The notes under the pieces are model-generated. The model was not told where the DNA came from. It worked only from the letters and a program-made list of their open reading frames with translations, and did no database searches. 64,000 bases of DNA, from assembly GCA_964564915.1 (NCBI GenBank), contig CAZMCU010000003.1:2676-66675 (forward strand), written 5' to 3'. Position 1 is the first letter of the stretch, and every line of letters begins with the position of its first letter. This DNA comes from an uncultured Demequinaceae bacterium. GTDB taxonomy: Bacteria; Actinomycetota; Actinomycetes; Actinomycetales; Demequinaceae. Of the stretch, positions 12,380-20,495 are shown piece after piece. A program made the position numbers and the translations under genes.

Positions 12380-13132
12380 ATGAATGAGACATCAGTCAAG
12401 GCCTGGACCGAGGAGTCCAGCGACAGCGAACTGATCGAGAGCGTCCGCGAAGGCGACTCCACGGCATTCAGCACTCTCTTCCACCGACACGTATCAGCGG
12501 CCCACCGCGTCGCGCTCGCGTACTCCCCTGTTCCCAGCGATGCCGATGACATCGTCTCGGAAGCCTTTGAACGGGTCCTCATCGCCCTTCAGAAGGGCCG
12601 CGGCCCCGACCACGCCTTCCGCGCGTACCTGTTCACCGTCGTGCGTCGGACCGGTGGCGAGTTCATTCGGCGCGCCAAGCAGGTGCGGCCGTACGAAGAC
12701 ATGGCCGAACACGACAAAGCCTTGGGCTTCTCCGACTCCAGTGGCGAGTCCACCCTGCATGAGTTCGAGCGGTCGACGATCGCGGACGCATTCCGATCCC
12801 TTCCCGAGCGCTGGCAGATGATCCTCTGGTACACCGAGATCGAGAAGATGACTCCGGCCGAGGTCGCGCCACGGCTTGGCCTTACCCCCAACGGGGCGGC
12901 TTCCCTCGGCTACCGAGCCCGCGAGGCCCTGCGCCAGGCCTACCTCCAACAGCACCTCGCCGAGGCGGAGGACCCCGCTTGCCTCTCGGTGTTCGACAAC
13001 CTCGCGGCCTACGTCCGAGGCTCCTTGACCCCCCGCGAGCGAGCGAAGGTGGCCGCCCACATCGCGACGTGCGCCAAGTGCGATTCCCTCATCTCCGAAC
13101 TTGAGGACGTCAACGGCGTCCTCCGAGGGTGA
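12380..13132 (+). CDS. ECF (sigma-70 family) sigma factor with C-terminal fused ZAS-type anti-sigma zinc motif
   Basis: Region 2-like DDIVSEAFERVLIAL...AYLFTVVRR and region 4 LPERWQMILWYTEIEKMTPAEVAPRLGLTPNGAASLGYRAREALR. These are followed by C-x25-H-x3-C-x2-C (Cys 12980, His 13058, Cys 13070, Cys 13079). I chose ATG 12380 because a GGAGAGGA SD precedes it; the track start at 12332 has no SD. Confidence 0.8.
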   Translation: MNETSVKAWTEESSDSELIESVREGDSTAFSTLFHRHVSAAHRVALAYSPVPSDADDIVSEAFERVLIALQKGRGPDHAFRAYLFTVVRRTGGEFIRRAKQVRPYEDMAEHDKALGFSDSSGESTLHEFERSTIADAFRSLPERWQMILWYTEIEKMTPAEVAPRLGLTPNGAASLGYRAREALRQAYLQQHLAEAEDPACLSVFDNLAAYVRGSLTPRERAKVAAHIATCAKCDSLISELEDVNGVLRG

Positions 13133-13240
13133 CGGCAAACGGCCCGGCGCGGGCGCGTCGGGCTCGATGGCGACACCAGGAGCACGCGGCTTCCTTACGC
13201 GGGCACCATCTACGTCGATCTGCCCCAAGAAGCGAGAAAG

Positions 13241-13257
13241 TCTAGACTTCCCCCATG
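13241..13257 (+). promoter_or_regulatory. TCTAGACT-N6-ATG: putative -10 (TAGACT) and leaderless start of hybrid kinase 1
   Basis: Identical 8-mer and identical spacing occur before kinase 2. No SD. Confidence 0.45.
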
Positions 13258-14859
13258 GGGACTTCAGCGAAAGACGGGGGACGCAAAGAAGGAGCGCGGC
13301 GGACTAGCGCGGGGAAACCGGCGGCACGCGTCAACTCCACGGCCTCCACGAATAGCAGCGCCACGGATGACAGCGCGGTCCTGGAAAGCCTCACCGACGG
13401 CGTCTTTGCGCTCGATCGCGAATTCCGATTCACCTACCTCAACGGCATCGCGGCGGCCTTCCTGGGGTGCACCCGCGACGAACTTCTGGGAACGTCTCTA
13501 CTGGACGAGTGCCCCGAGGTTCGGGACTCCGACCTCGGCCTCGCGCTCAGCCGCGTCCTCGAGACCGGGCTCGTCGAGCGGCTCCTGGCATGGTCCGGAC
13601 CTCAAACGAAATGGTTTGACGTCGGCGTGTGTGCTTCGCCCAACGGGCTCACGGTCATTCTCCACGACATCGCCGAGATCAAGTCCCTCTCGGAGCATTT
13701 CTCCGCCGCCCAGCGGCTGGAAATCCTGGGACAACTCACCGAAGGAATCGCGCACGAGTTCGGCAATCTCCTCACCGTCATCACGGGTGCCGTCGAATCC
13801 CTGGCCATCGAAACTCGCTTGGGTCCGACCGGCCGCGAAATGGTCGATGTCGTCAATGAAGCGACGACGCGCGGAGCCGACCTCATACGCCGCCTCCTGT
13901 CCTTCGCTGGGAGGCAGCCGCTCGCGCCTCAGCCCATCAACCTCACTCGACACGTCGGCGACCTTATCCCCCTCCTCCGGCGAACCCTGGGGGAAGCGAT
14001 CGAGGTGGCCTCGGACTTGACCCCCGGACTCCCCACCGTCAGCGTGGATCCCGGCCGACTCGAGGGCGCCATCCTCAACCTCGCGATCAACGCCCGCGAC
14101 GCGATGCCCAACGGCGGGATCCTCGAACTCGGGACGTCCCTGGCCGAGGTCGACCAAGAGGTGGAAGCCAGTCACGGCACCATCCAACCGGGAACCTACG
14201 CGGTCGTCACGGTCACCGATTCCGGCACGGGCGTCGCGCCGGAGAACCTGAGCCGGATGTTCGATCCGTTCTTCACCACCAAAAACGCCCATTGGGGTTC
14301 GGGGCTCGGTTTGGCAACCGTGTGGGGGTTTGCCCAGGAGTCCGGTGGATACCTCTCCGTTCACTCCGAACTTGGCCACGGCACGTCCATCCGCCTGTAC
14401 CTGCCCACCGTCCCCGTGGAGGTTGACCTGAATGCGGACAGTTGGATGGAGCCCACGCCCCAGTTCCGAGGCACCGGGCATGTGCTTCTCGTGGAGGACG
14501 ACGATCTCGTCCGCCGGTTCGCGACCGAGCAACTGATCGCGCGAGGGTTCAGCGTGACGGACGTCAACTCGGGACCGGAGGCGCTGAGGGCGCTCGACGG
14601 AATCGATAGGGTCGACCTGTTGTTCACCGACATCGTTCTGCCCAGCGGAACGACCGGTCGAGAATTGGCGGCGGAGGTGCAGGCGCAACGGCCCGGAACT
14701 CCTGTGCTCTACACCTCCGGCTACTCGGAGAGCGCCCTCCTGCACGACGGGAAACTCGATCCAGACGCGGTACTTCTCCCCAAGCCCTACTCCAGTCGGC
14801 AGCTGCTCGATGCCGTCCAGAGGCTTCTGTCCCCCGGTCCCCCCGCGTCGAGCCACTAG
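13255..14859 (+). CDS. cytoplasmic hybrid sensor histidine kinase (PAS-HisKA-HATPase-REC)
   Basis: PAS segment LESLTDGVFALDREFRFTYLN. H-box GIAHEFGNLLTVITG. N, G1 and G2 boxes NLAINARDAMP, DSGTGV, GSGLGL. Receiver domain VLLVEDDD...LLFTDIVLP...YTSGY...LPKPY. No TM segment. Confidence 0.9.
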   Translation: MGTSAKDGGRKEGARRTSAGKPAARVNSTASTNSSATDDSAVLESLTDGVFALDREFRFTYLNGIAAAFLGCTRDELLGTSLLDECPEVRDSDLGLALSRVLETGLVERLLAWSGPQTKWFDVGVCASPNGLTVILHDIAEIKSLSEHFSAAQRLEILGQLTEGIAHEFGNLLTVITGAVESLAIETRLGPTGREMVDVVNEATTRGADLIRRLLSFAGRQPLAPQPINLTRHVGDLIPLLRRTLGEAIEVASDLTPGLPTVSVDPGRLEGAILNLAINARDAMPNGGILELGTSLAEVDQEVEASHGTIQPGTYAVVTVTDSGTGVAPENLSRMFDPFFTTKNAHWGSGLGLATVWGFAQESGGYLSVHSELGHGTSIRLYLPTVPVEVDLNADSWMEPTPQFRGTGHVLLVEDDDLVRRFATEQLIARGFSVTDVNSGPEALRALDGIDRVDLLFTDIVLPSGTTGRELAAEVQAQRPGTPVLYTSGYSESALLHDGKLDPDAVLLPKPYSSRQLLDAVQRLLSPGPPASSH

Positions 14860-14925
14860 GCGGCGCGACCACCCGATACTCGGCTCCTCGTCCGTCTCTC
14901 CAACCTGCGCGAATCGACCGGCCAA

Positions 14926-14942
14926 TCTAGACTGGCGGAATG
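14926..14942 (+). promoter_or_regulatory. TCTAGACT-N6-ATG: putative -10 (TAGACT) and leaderless start of hybrid kinase 2
   Basis: Identical 8-mer and spacing to 13241-13257. Confidence 0.45.
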
Positions 14943-16931
14943 GGACCTCCGTCAGGGGGCAATGCGAAACCGGCGAAGAAGCGGGAATCGTCCCGATCGT
15001 CGAGCGGTGCTTCCGTGCCCGATGCGGCTCCCATCGTGCAACCCCGGAAGCCAGCGGATTTCGCGCGACTCGCCGAATCGATGCCCTTCATCGTGTGGAC
15101 GGCGACACCGGATGGCGCGGTCGACTACTTCAACTTGGCCTTCACCGAGTACACCGGACAATCTCCCGACTTGCTTCTGGCCGACGGGTGGCTCACGGTC
15201 CTCCATCCCGAGGATGTCCCGCTCGTCCTGGCCCGTTGGGAGTCTTCTCTCGCTTCGGGTAGTCCCTACGAGGTTGACTTCCGCATTCGGCGAGCGGACG
15301 GGGAGTATCGCTGGCACAGGGTGCAAGCCCGTGCGGAGACCAGCGAGAAGGGGAAGGTCGTCCGCTGGTGGGGAAGCGGAGTGGACATCCACGAACTCCA
15401 CCTCCTCCGTGCGCAGGCCGCCACCCTCGCGGAGGAACGCGAAGCCATCCTGGAAAGCATCGTCGACGGAGTGTTGACGTTGGATCGCGACTTCCGGTTC
15501 ACCTACCTCAATAGCAATGCCGAGAAGTTGACGGAGCGTACACGCGACGAACTCATTGGGAAGATCTTCTGGGATGCGTTTCCCGAGACTCGCGGCTCCG
15601 ACCTCCTCGAGATGTTCCAGCGCGTCGTCGAGACGAGGACGCCGGAGCGCATCGAAGACTACGGGGCACCGATGCGACGATGGTTCGAGGTAAGCGCTAA
15701 CCCGACACCGGACGGGCTCACCGTCTACCTTCGTGACATCACGCAAATGAAATCCCTCTCCGACCAACTTGCCATCGCGCAGCGGATGGAGGCGATGGGA
15801 CAACTGACCGGCGGTATCGCCCACGACTTCAACAACCTTCTGACGGTCATCATCGGAGGCACGGAGTCGCTTCTCGACGAGCCGAACCTGAGCGACCATT
15901 GCCGTGACACGCTCGATCTCTTCTCTCAGGCCACCTCGAAGGCGGCGGAACTGACCCATCGACTCCTCGCCTTCGCACGGAAGCAACCCCTGGCACCCCA
16001 GGCGATCAATGTCAGCCACTACGTCTCGGAGATCGTCCCCCTCCTTCGACGCACCCTGGGAGAGGGCGTTCGCATCGTGACCTCTCTCGCGGAGGACGTA
16101 CCCGCCGCCAACGTCGATCCGGGGCAATTCGAGAACGCCCTCTTGAACCTTGGCATCAACGCGAGGGACGCGATGCCGGAAGGAGGGACCCTCACCCTTG
16201 AGACCTATGCCGTGCACTTGGAGGAGCCCCAACCCGCCCTGCACCGGTTAGTCCCCCCGGGAAACTACGTCGCGACAACGGTGAGCGACACCGGGACGGG
16301 CATACCCGCGGAATTCCTGGGCAGGCTCTTCGACCCGTTCTTCACGACCAAGCCCGTCGGTCAGGGTTCTGGTCTGGGGTTGGCAATGGTGTACGGGTTC
16401 ATTCGGCAGTCGGAGGGTTACGTCGCGGTGTACTCGGAGGAAGGACGGGGCACGACCATCCGCCTCTACTTGCCCGTCGCATCAGACGAAACCATGACGT
16501 CGACGGTGGAACCGACCCAACCGACCCCTATCCATCAAGGAACGGGCCACATCCTGCTCGTCGAAGACGACGAACTCGTGCGCCACTTCACCGCCGCCCA
16601 TTTGATGGCACATGGGTACGAGGTGACCTCGGCTAGCTCGGGCCCCGAAGCGATCGCACTTCTCGATTCGATCGATCGCCTCGACCTCCTCCTCACCGAC
16701 GTGATCATGCCGGGCGGGATGACCGGCGCGCAACTCGCGGCGCGGATTCTTCAGCGGCGCCCCGGTACTCCCATCCTGTATTCGTCCGGATACACCGAAA
16801 ACGTCAACCTCGGCGACGGGCTTTCGGGCCGGGAGATCTCCTTCCTCTCCAAACCGTATTCGGGAACGCAGTTGATCGACGCCATCCAACGCCTCATCGC
16901 ACCACCGACCGCGGAGGAATCGGCAACGTGA
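14940..16931 (+). CDS. cytoplasmic hybrid sensor histidine kinase (PAS-PAS-HisKA-HATPase-REC), paralog of the preceding gene
   Basis: Two PAS segments (MPFIVWTATPDGAVDYFN...; ILESIVDGVLTLDRDFRFTYLN). H-box GIAHDFNNLLTVIIG. NLGINARDAMP, DTGTGI, GSGLGL. Receiver domain ILLVEDDE...LLLTDVIMP...YSSGY...LSKPY. Confidence 0.9.
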   Translation: MGPPSGGNAKPAKKRESSRSSSGASVPDAAPIVQPRKPADFARLAESMPFIVWTATPDGAVDYFNLAFTEYTGQSPDLLLADGWLTVLHPEDVPLVLARWESSLASGSPYEVDFRIRRADGEYRWHRVQARAETSEKGKVVRWWGSGVDIHELHLLRAQAATLAEEREAILESIVDGVLTLDRDFRFTYLNSNAEKLTERTRDELIGKIFWDAFPETRGSDLLEMFQRVVETRTPERIEDYGAPMRRWFEVSANPTPDGLTVYLRDITQMKSLSDQLAIAQRMEAMGQLTGGIAHDFNNLLTVIIGGTESLLDEPNLSDHCRDTLDLFSQATSKAAELTHRLLAFARKQPLAPQAINVSHYVSEIVPLLRRTLGEGVRIVTSLAEDVPAANVDPGQFENALLNLGINARDAMPEGGTLTLETYAVHLEEPQPALHRLVPPGNYVATTVSDTGTGIPAEFLGRLFDPFFTTKPVGQGSGLGLAMVYGFIRQSEGYVAVYSEEGRGTTIRLYLPVASDETMTSTVEPTQPTPIHQGTGHILLVEDDELVRHFTAAHLMAHGYEVTSASSGPEAIALLDSIDRLDLLLTDVIMPGGMTGAQLAARILQRRPGTPILYSSGYTENVNLGDGLSGREISFLSKPYSGTQLIDAIQRLIAPPTAEESAT

Positions 16932-18130
16932 AGGCCTCGGCCACGTCCGAGCGAGTCCTCATCATCGACGACGACCCGATGGTCGGGCGAACCACTCTCA
17001 CAACCGTCGAGACCCTCGGGCATGAGGGCCAATTGACGACCGACGCCCAGGACTTCATGGAGTTGTGCCAACGATGGCACCCCACCTTCGTCATCGTCGA
17101 TCTCGTCATGGAGAAAACCGACGGCCTGGAAATCCTTCGGATGCTCTCGGCGAAGGGGTGCACACCAACGGTCATCATCGCGAGCGGCCAAGGCAGCCGC
17201 GTCCTCAACGCGGCCAGACGCCTAGCGCAAGCCGAGAATCTCCCGTTCGGGGGGATCCTCTCCAAGCCGTACCGACGCTCCCAACTCGCGGAATTGCTGT
17301 CGAGGCCCCCCGCGCAACTCGGTGACGACTCCTCGACCGAGGTCACGGCTCCTCGTTCGTGGACGGACGCGGAGTTCGAAGAAGAGTTCCGCGACGCCCT
17401 CGGCAGCGGGGCGGTATCCGTCGTCTTCCAGCCCAAGGTCAGTTGCGCGGACGGCCGCGTGGTGGGGTACGAGGCCCTCGCCCGCTGGGCGCATCCCGAT
17501 CGGGGCAACATCGTTCCCGACGACTTCGTCCCGAAGGCCGAGAAGGCGGGCCTCGCTGGCCTGTTGAGCGACGTTGTCCTCCGCCAGTCGCTGGGGTGGT
17601 TCGGCGATCACCTCGAACGGAACGGAAAGCGCCTGTCCATCAACATCTCCGCAACGGAGGTTGCCGAGTCCGGTCTCGACGAACGCTTACTGCAGGCATG
17701 CCGAATCGCCGGAGTGCCAACCCAACAGGTGATCATCGAAGTGACGGAAACGAGCGCGATGGAGGACCCCGTCCTCTCCCTCCAGTTCTTAACGCGTCTT
17801 CGGCTTCAGGGTTTCGAGGTGTCCCTCGACGACTTTGGTACGGGGTACTCCTCGATGGTTCAGTTGGCGAAGATGCCGTTCAGCGAGATCAAGGTGGACC
17901 GCTCGTTCGTCAAGAACGCCGCTACATCCCAGGAGTCCGCGATCGTCATCCGCTCGATCATCGATTTGGGTCACGCCTTGGAGATGACGTGCACCGCCGA
18001 GGGCGTGGAAAGCGCGGCCGTTATGACCCTTCTCCACAAATGGGGGTGCGATCACGCGCAGGGGTACCACATCGCGCGTCCCATGACCACGGACGACCTT
18101 GGAATCTGGCTCGAAACCGCACCCGATTAG
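16928..18130 (+). CDS. response regulator with EAL domain (predicted c-di-GMP phosphodiesterase)
   Basis: REC domain VLIIDDDP...FVIVDLVM...ILSKPY. The EAL catalytic set is intact: YEALARW, RLSINIS, IIEVTET, DDFGTGYSS, IKVDRSF, AEGVE, QGY. The GTG at 16928 overlaps the kinase stop (GTGA). Confidence 0.9.
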   Translation: MKASATSERVLIIDDDPMVGRTTLTTVETLGHEGQLTTDAQDFMELCQRWHPTFVIVDLVMEKTDGLEILRMLSAKGCTPTVIIASGQGSRVLNAARRLAQAENLPFGGILSKPYRRSQLAELLSRPPAQLGDDSSTEVTAPRSWTDAEFEEEFRDALGSGAVSVVFQPKVSCADGRVVGYEALARWAHPDRGNIVPDDFVPKAEKAGLAGLLSDVVLRQSLGWFGDHLERNGKRLSINISATEVAESGLDERLLQACRIAGVPTQQVIIEVTETSAMEDPVLSLQFLTRLRLQGFEVSLDDFGTGYSSMVQLAKMPFSEIKVDRSFVKNAATSQESAIVIRSIIDLGHALEMTCTAEGVESAAVMTLLHKWGCDHAQGYHIARPMTTDDLGIWLETAPD

Positions 18131-19224
18131 GCTCTCACCGCGGCCGTCGCCTGCCCGAGCACCCGCGTCCCGGCGTACACCACGAGCGACTGGCCCGGTG
18201 CGACCGCACGCATCGGCTCGTCGAGTTCGACGAGCATCCTGTCCCCCGCTACCGTGACGCGACCAGCGGCCGGCGTCCCGTGGGCGCGGACCTGGACGTG
18301 ACACCGGGTCGGTTCCTCGGCGGGGATGTCGGGGGCGAGCCACACCACTCCGTCACCCGCTAACGTGGTCACCGAAAGCCGCCGTTCCGGCCCCACCTCG
18401 ACCGTGTTGGTCCCGACCCGCACGCCGGTAACGTACCGGGGTTCGCCATCGGTTGCGGGTCGCGGCAAGCGCAATCCCTTGCGTTGCCCGACGGTGAACG
18501 CGAACGCGCCGGCGTGCGTCCCGACCACATCCCCCGCCTCGTCCACGATGTCGCCCGGTTGCTCCCCCAGGCGTTCGAGGAGGAAGGCCGTGGCGTCGCC
18601 ATCGGAGATGAAGCAGATGTCGAGCGAATCGGCCTTCGTCGAGACGCCGAGCCCGCGAGCCGCTGCCTCCGCACGAACGTCGCCCTTGGATTCCGCTCCA
18701 CCGAGCGGAAAGATCGTGCGGGAGAGTCGTTGGAGACCAACCGCGGCGAGGACGTACGACTGGTCCTTCGCATCGACGGTGGCTCGGTGCAGTTCGATCG
18801 CACCAACGCTATCCTCGACGCCCCGGTGTTTGGTGACTCCTCCGCCCGCCGCCTCGTGCGGCCGCGCGATCCTCGCGTAGTGACCCGTGCAGACCGCGTC
18901 GAAGCCTCGCGACAGGGCGCGATCGAGAAGGGCCCCAAACTTGACCCGTTGGTTGCACCGCACACAGGGGTTGGGGGTACGGCCCGCGCGGTACTCGGAC
19001 AGAAACTCGTCCACCACGATTCGTTCGAAATCCTCCCGCATGTCCCAGACCTCGTACGGGATGCCCAGGACGTCGGCAACACGGCGGGCGTCGTCGTCCT
19101 CCACTCCCGGCGCGTTCGTGGTCAGCGCGAGACGCACGCCCATCACGGCATGTCCGGCGTCGATGGCGCGCGCGGCGGCAACGGCGGAGTCGACGCCGCC
19201 CGAGAGCGCCGCGATCACCTGCAT
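18127..19224 (-). CDS. mnmA: tRNA-specific 2-thiouridylase
   Basis: PP-loop ALSGGVDSAVAA and RTPNPCVRCNQRVKF. ATG at 19224; the longer ORF is upstream read-through. Confidence 0.92.
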   Translation of the reverse strand: MQVIAALSGGVDSAVAAARAIDAGHAVMGVRLALTTNAPGVEDDDARRVADVLGIPYEVWDMREDFERIVVDEFLSEYRAGRTPNPCVRCNQRVKFGALLDRALSRGFDAVCTGHYARIARPHEAAGGGVTKHRGVEDSVGAIELHRATVDAKDQSYVLAAVGLQRLSRTIFPLGGAESKGDVRAEAAARGLGVSTKADSLDICFISDGDATAFLLERLGEQPGDIVDEAGDVVGTHAGAFAFTVGQRKGLRLPRPATDGEPRYVTGVRVGTNTVEVGPERRLSVTTLAGDGVVWLAPDIPAEEPTRCHVQVRAHGTPAAGRVTVAGDRMLVELDEPMRAVAPGQSLVVYAGTRVLGQATAAVRA

Positions 19225-19304
19225 GCTATCGACCTGTGTCGCTTGGCCATCCCGCGATTCTACGACGGGCTGACGAGAGACGATTTCGCCGTGAGGCCCG
19301 CGCG

Positions 19305-19321
19305 TAGACTCTCGAAGCATG
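19305..19321 (+). promoter_or_regulatory. putative -10 (TAGACT) 8 nt before the ATG of the DUF1003 gene
   Basis: TAnnnT hexamer with no SD. Confidence 0.35.
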
Positions 19322-19756
19322 ACGATCGCAAGCGCACGGCGAATCCCCAAGAAGAACTGGCACACCAAGCACCAAGAAGGGTTGACACGCGGAGAACGCG
19401 CCGCCGACCACATGCGCAACTCCATGGGCAGTTGGGGGTTCGTCGGGGGGTTCCTGGTCTTCATGGCACTGTGGGCTGTCATCAACACCGCGACGAGCGG
19501 CTGGGACCCGTACCCGTACATCCTCCTCAACCTCTTCCTCAGCATGCTCGCCGGGCTCCAAGGCGCGATCCTCCTCATCGCCGCGAAACGCCAGGACGCG
19601 ATCGCCGCCGCCCTCGCCGAGCACGATTATCAAACCAACATCGCCGCGAAGGAAGACATCGAGGCGTTGCTCAAGATCAACCACCGGCAGCTCGAGATGA
19701 TCTTGGAGTTGCGCGCGACCGTCGAGCGGCTCGGCCCGGACGGCGCCAAACCGTAA
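19319..19756 (+). CDS. DUF1003 family membrane protein
   Basis: Matches the DUF1003 pattern as I recall it: GSWGFVGGFLVFMALWAVINT...WDPYPYILLNLFLSMLAGLQGAILLIAAKRQ. Apparently leaderless (TAGACT, 8 nt, ATG). Confidence 0.65.
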   Translation: MTIASARRIPKKNWHTKHQEGLTRGERAADHMRNSMGSWGFVGGFLVFMALWAVINTATSGWDPYPYILLNLFLSMLAGLQGAILLIAAKRQDAIAAALAEHDYQTNIAAKEDIEALLKINHRQLEMILELRATVERLGPDGAKP

Positions 19757-19778
19757 GCGTGCTTGGCCCGAACCGGGT

Positions 19779-20426
19779 CTAGGTCTCCCGCAGTTCGGGG
19801 TCGGGATCGACCGTGACGGCGACCGAGAACGCCCCCGTCTTGACCGCACCCTGGAGGGTGTAGTCCGAGATCACCACACCCGTCGTCGACACCCGTGTGC
19901 TCTCCAGGTGGAGGCTCGCGGCCTGCGCCATTCCCTCGAACATGCGCTTCCCCCGGCCGAGAAGCACGGGGAAGGTCCAGATGCGGTACTCGTCCACGAG
20001 GCCCTGCTCCTGGAGGGTTTGGGCGAGGCCGGGGCAACCATGGACCTGCAGTTCGGGGCCATCGCCCGCCTTGAGGGCACGCACGGCCGCGGCAACATCT
20101 CCCTCGAGCGGAACGGTGTTGGCCCACGATGTGGGGATCGGCCGATGGGTCGCGACGTACTTGGTTGCGGCCGTGAACTTCTGGGCAACGGGATCGTCGA
20201 GCGCGAAGGGATAGTGCGACGCGAAGATGTCGTAGGTTCCGCGACCGAGGAGGAGGTCGAAGCCTCCCTCCATGAACGATGCCGAGGCCTGGCTCATCAT
20301 GTCGTCCCACAAGGCGACGGACCAACCACCGAGGGCGAACCCTCCGGAGCGGTCCTCGTTCGGACCGCCGGGTGCCTGCACCACGCCATCGAGAGACGTA
20401 AACACCGTGACAATCAGTCTGCGCAT
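19779..20426 (-). CDS. dihydrofolate reductase family protein (RibD C-terminal domain type)
   Basis: MRRLIVTVFTSLDGVVQAPGGPNEDRSGGF...LLLGRGTYDIF...DEYRIWTFPVLLGRGKRMF. Only the last 215 codons of the 918-aa ORF are taken as real. Confidence 0.75.
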   Translation of the reverse strand: MRRLIVTVFTSLDGVVQAPGGPNEDRSGGFALGGWSVALWDDMMSQASASFMEGGFDLLLGRGTYDIFASHYPFALDDPVAQKFTAATKYVATHRPIPTSWANTVPLEGDVAAAVRALKAGDGPELQVHGCPGLAQTLQEQGLVDEYRIWTFPVLLGRGKRMFEGMAQAASLHLESTRVSTTGVVISDYTLQGAVKTGAFSVAVTVDPDPELRET

Positions 20427-20495
20427 GACGATTCCCTCACTTCCCACGGACGAAGACCCGCATGGTGCAACTCTATCCGTGCGGGCTGAGGCACA

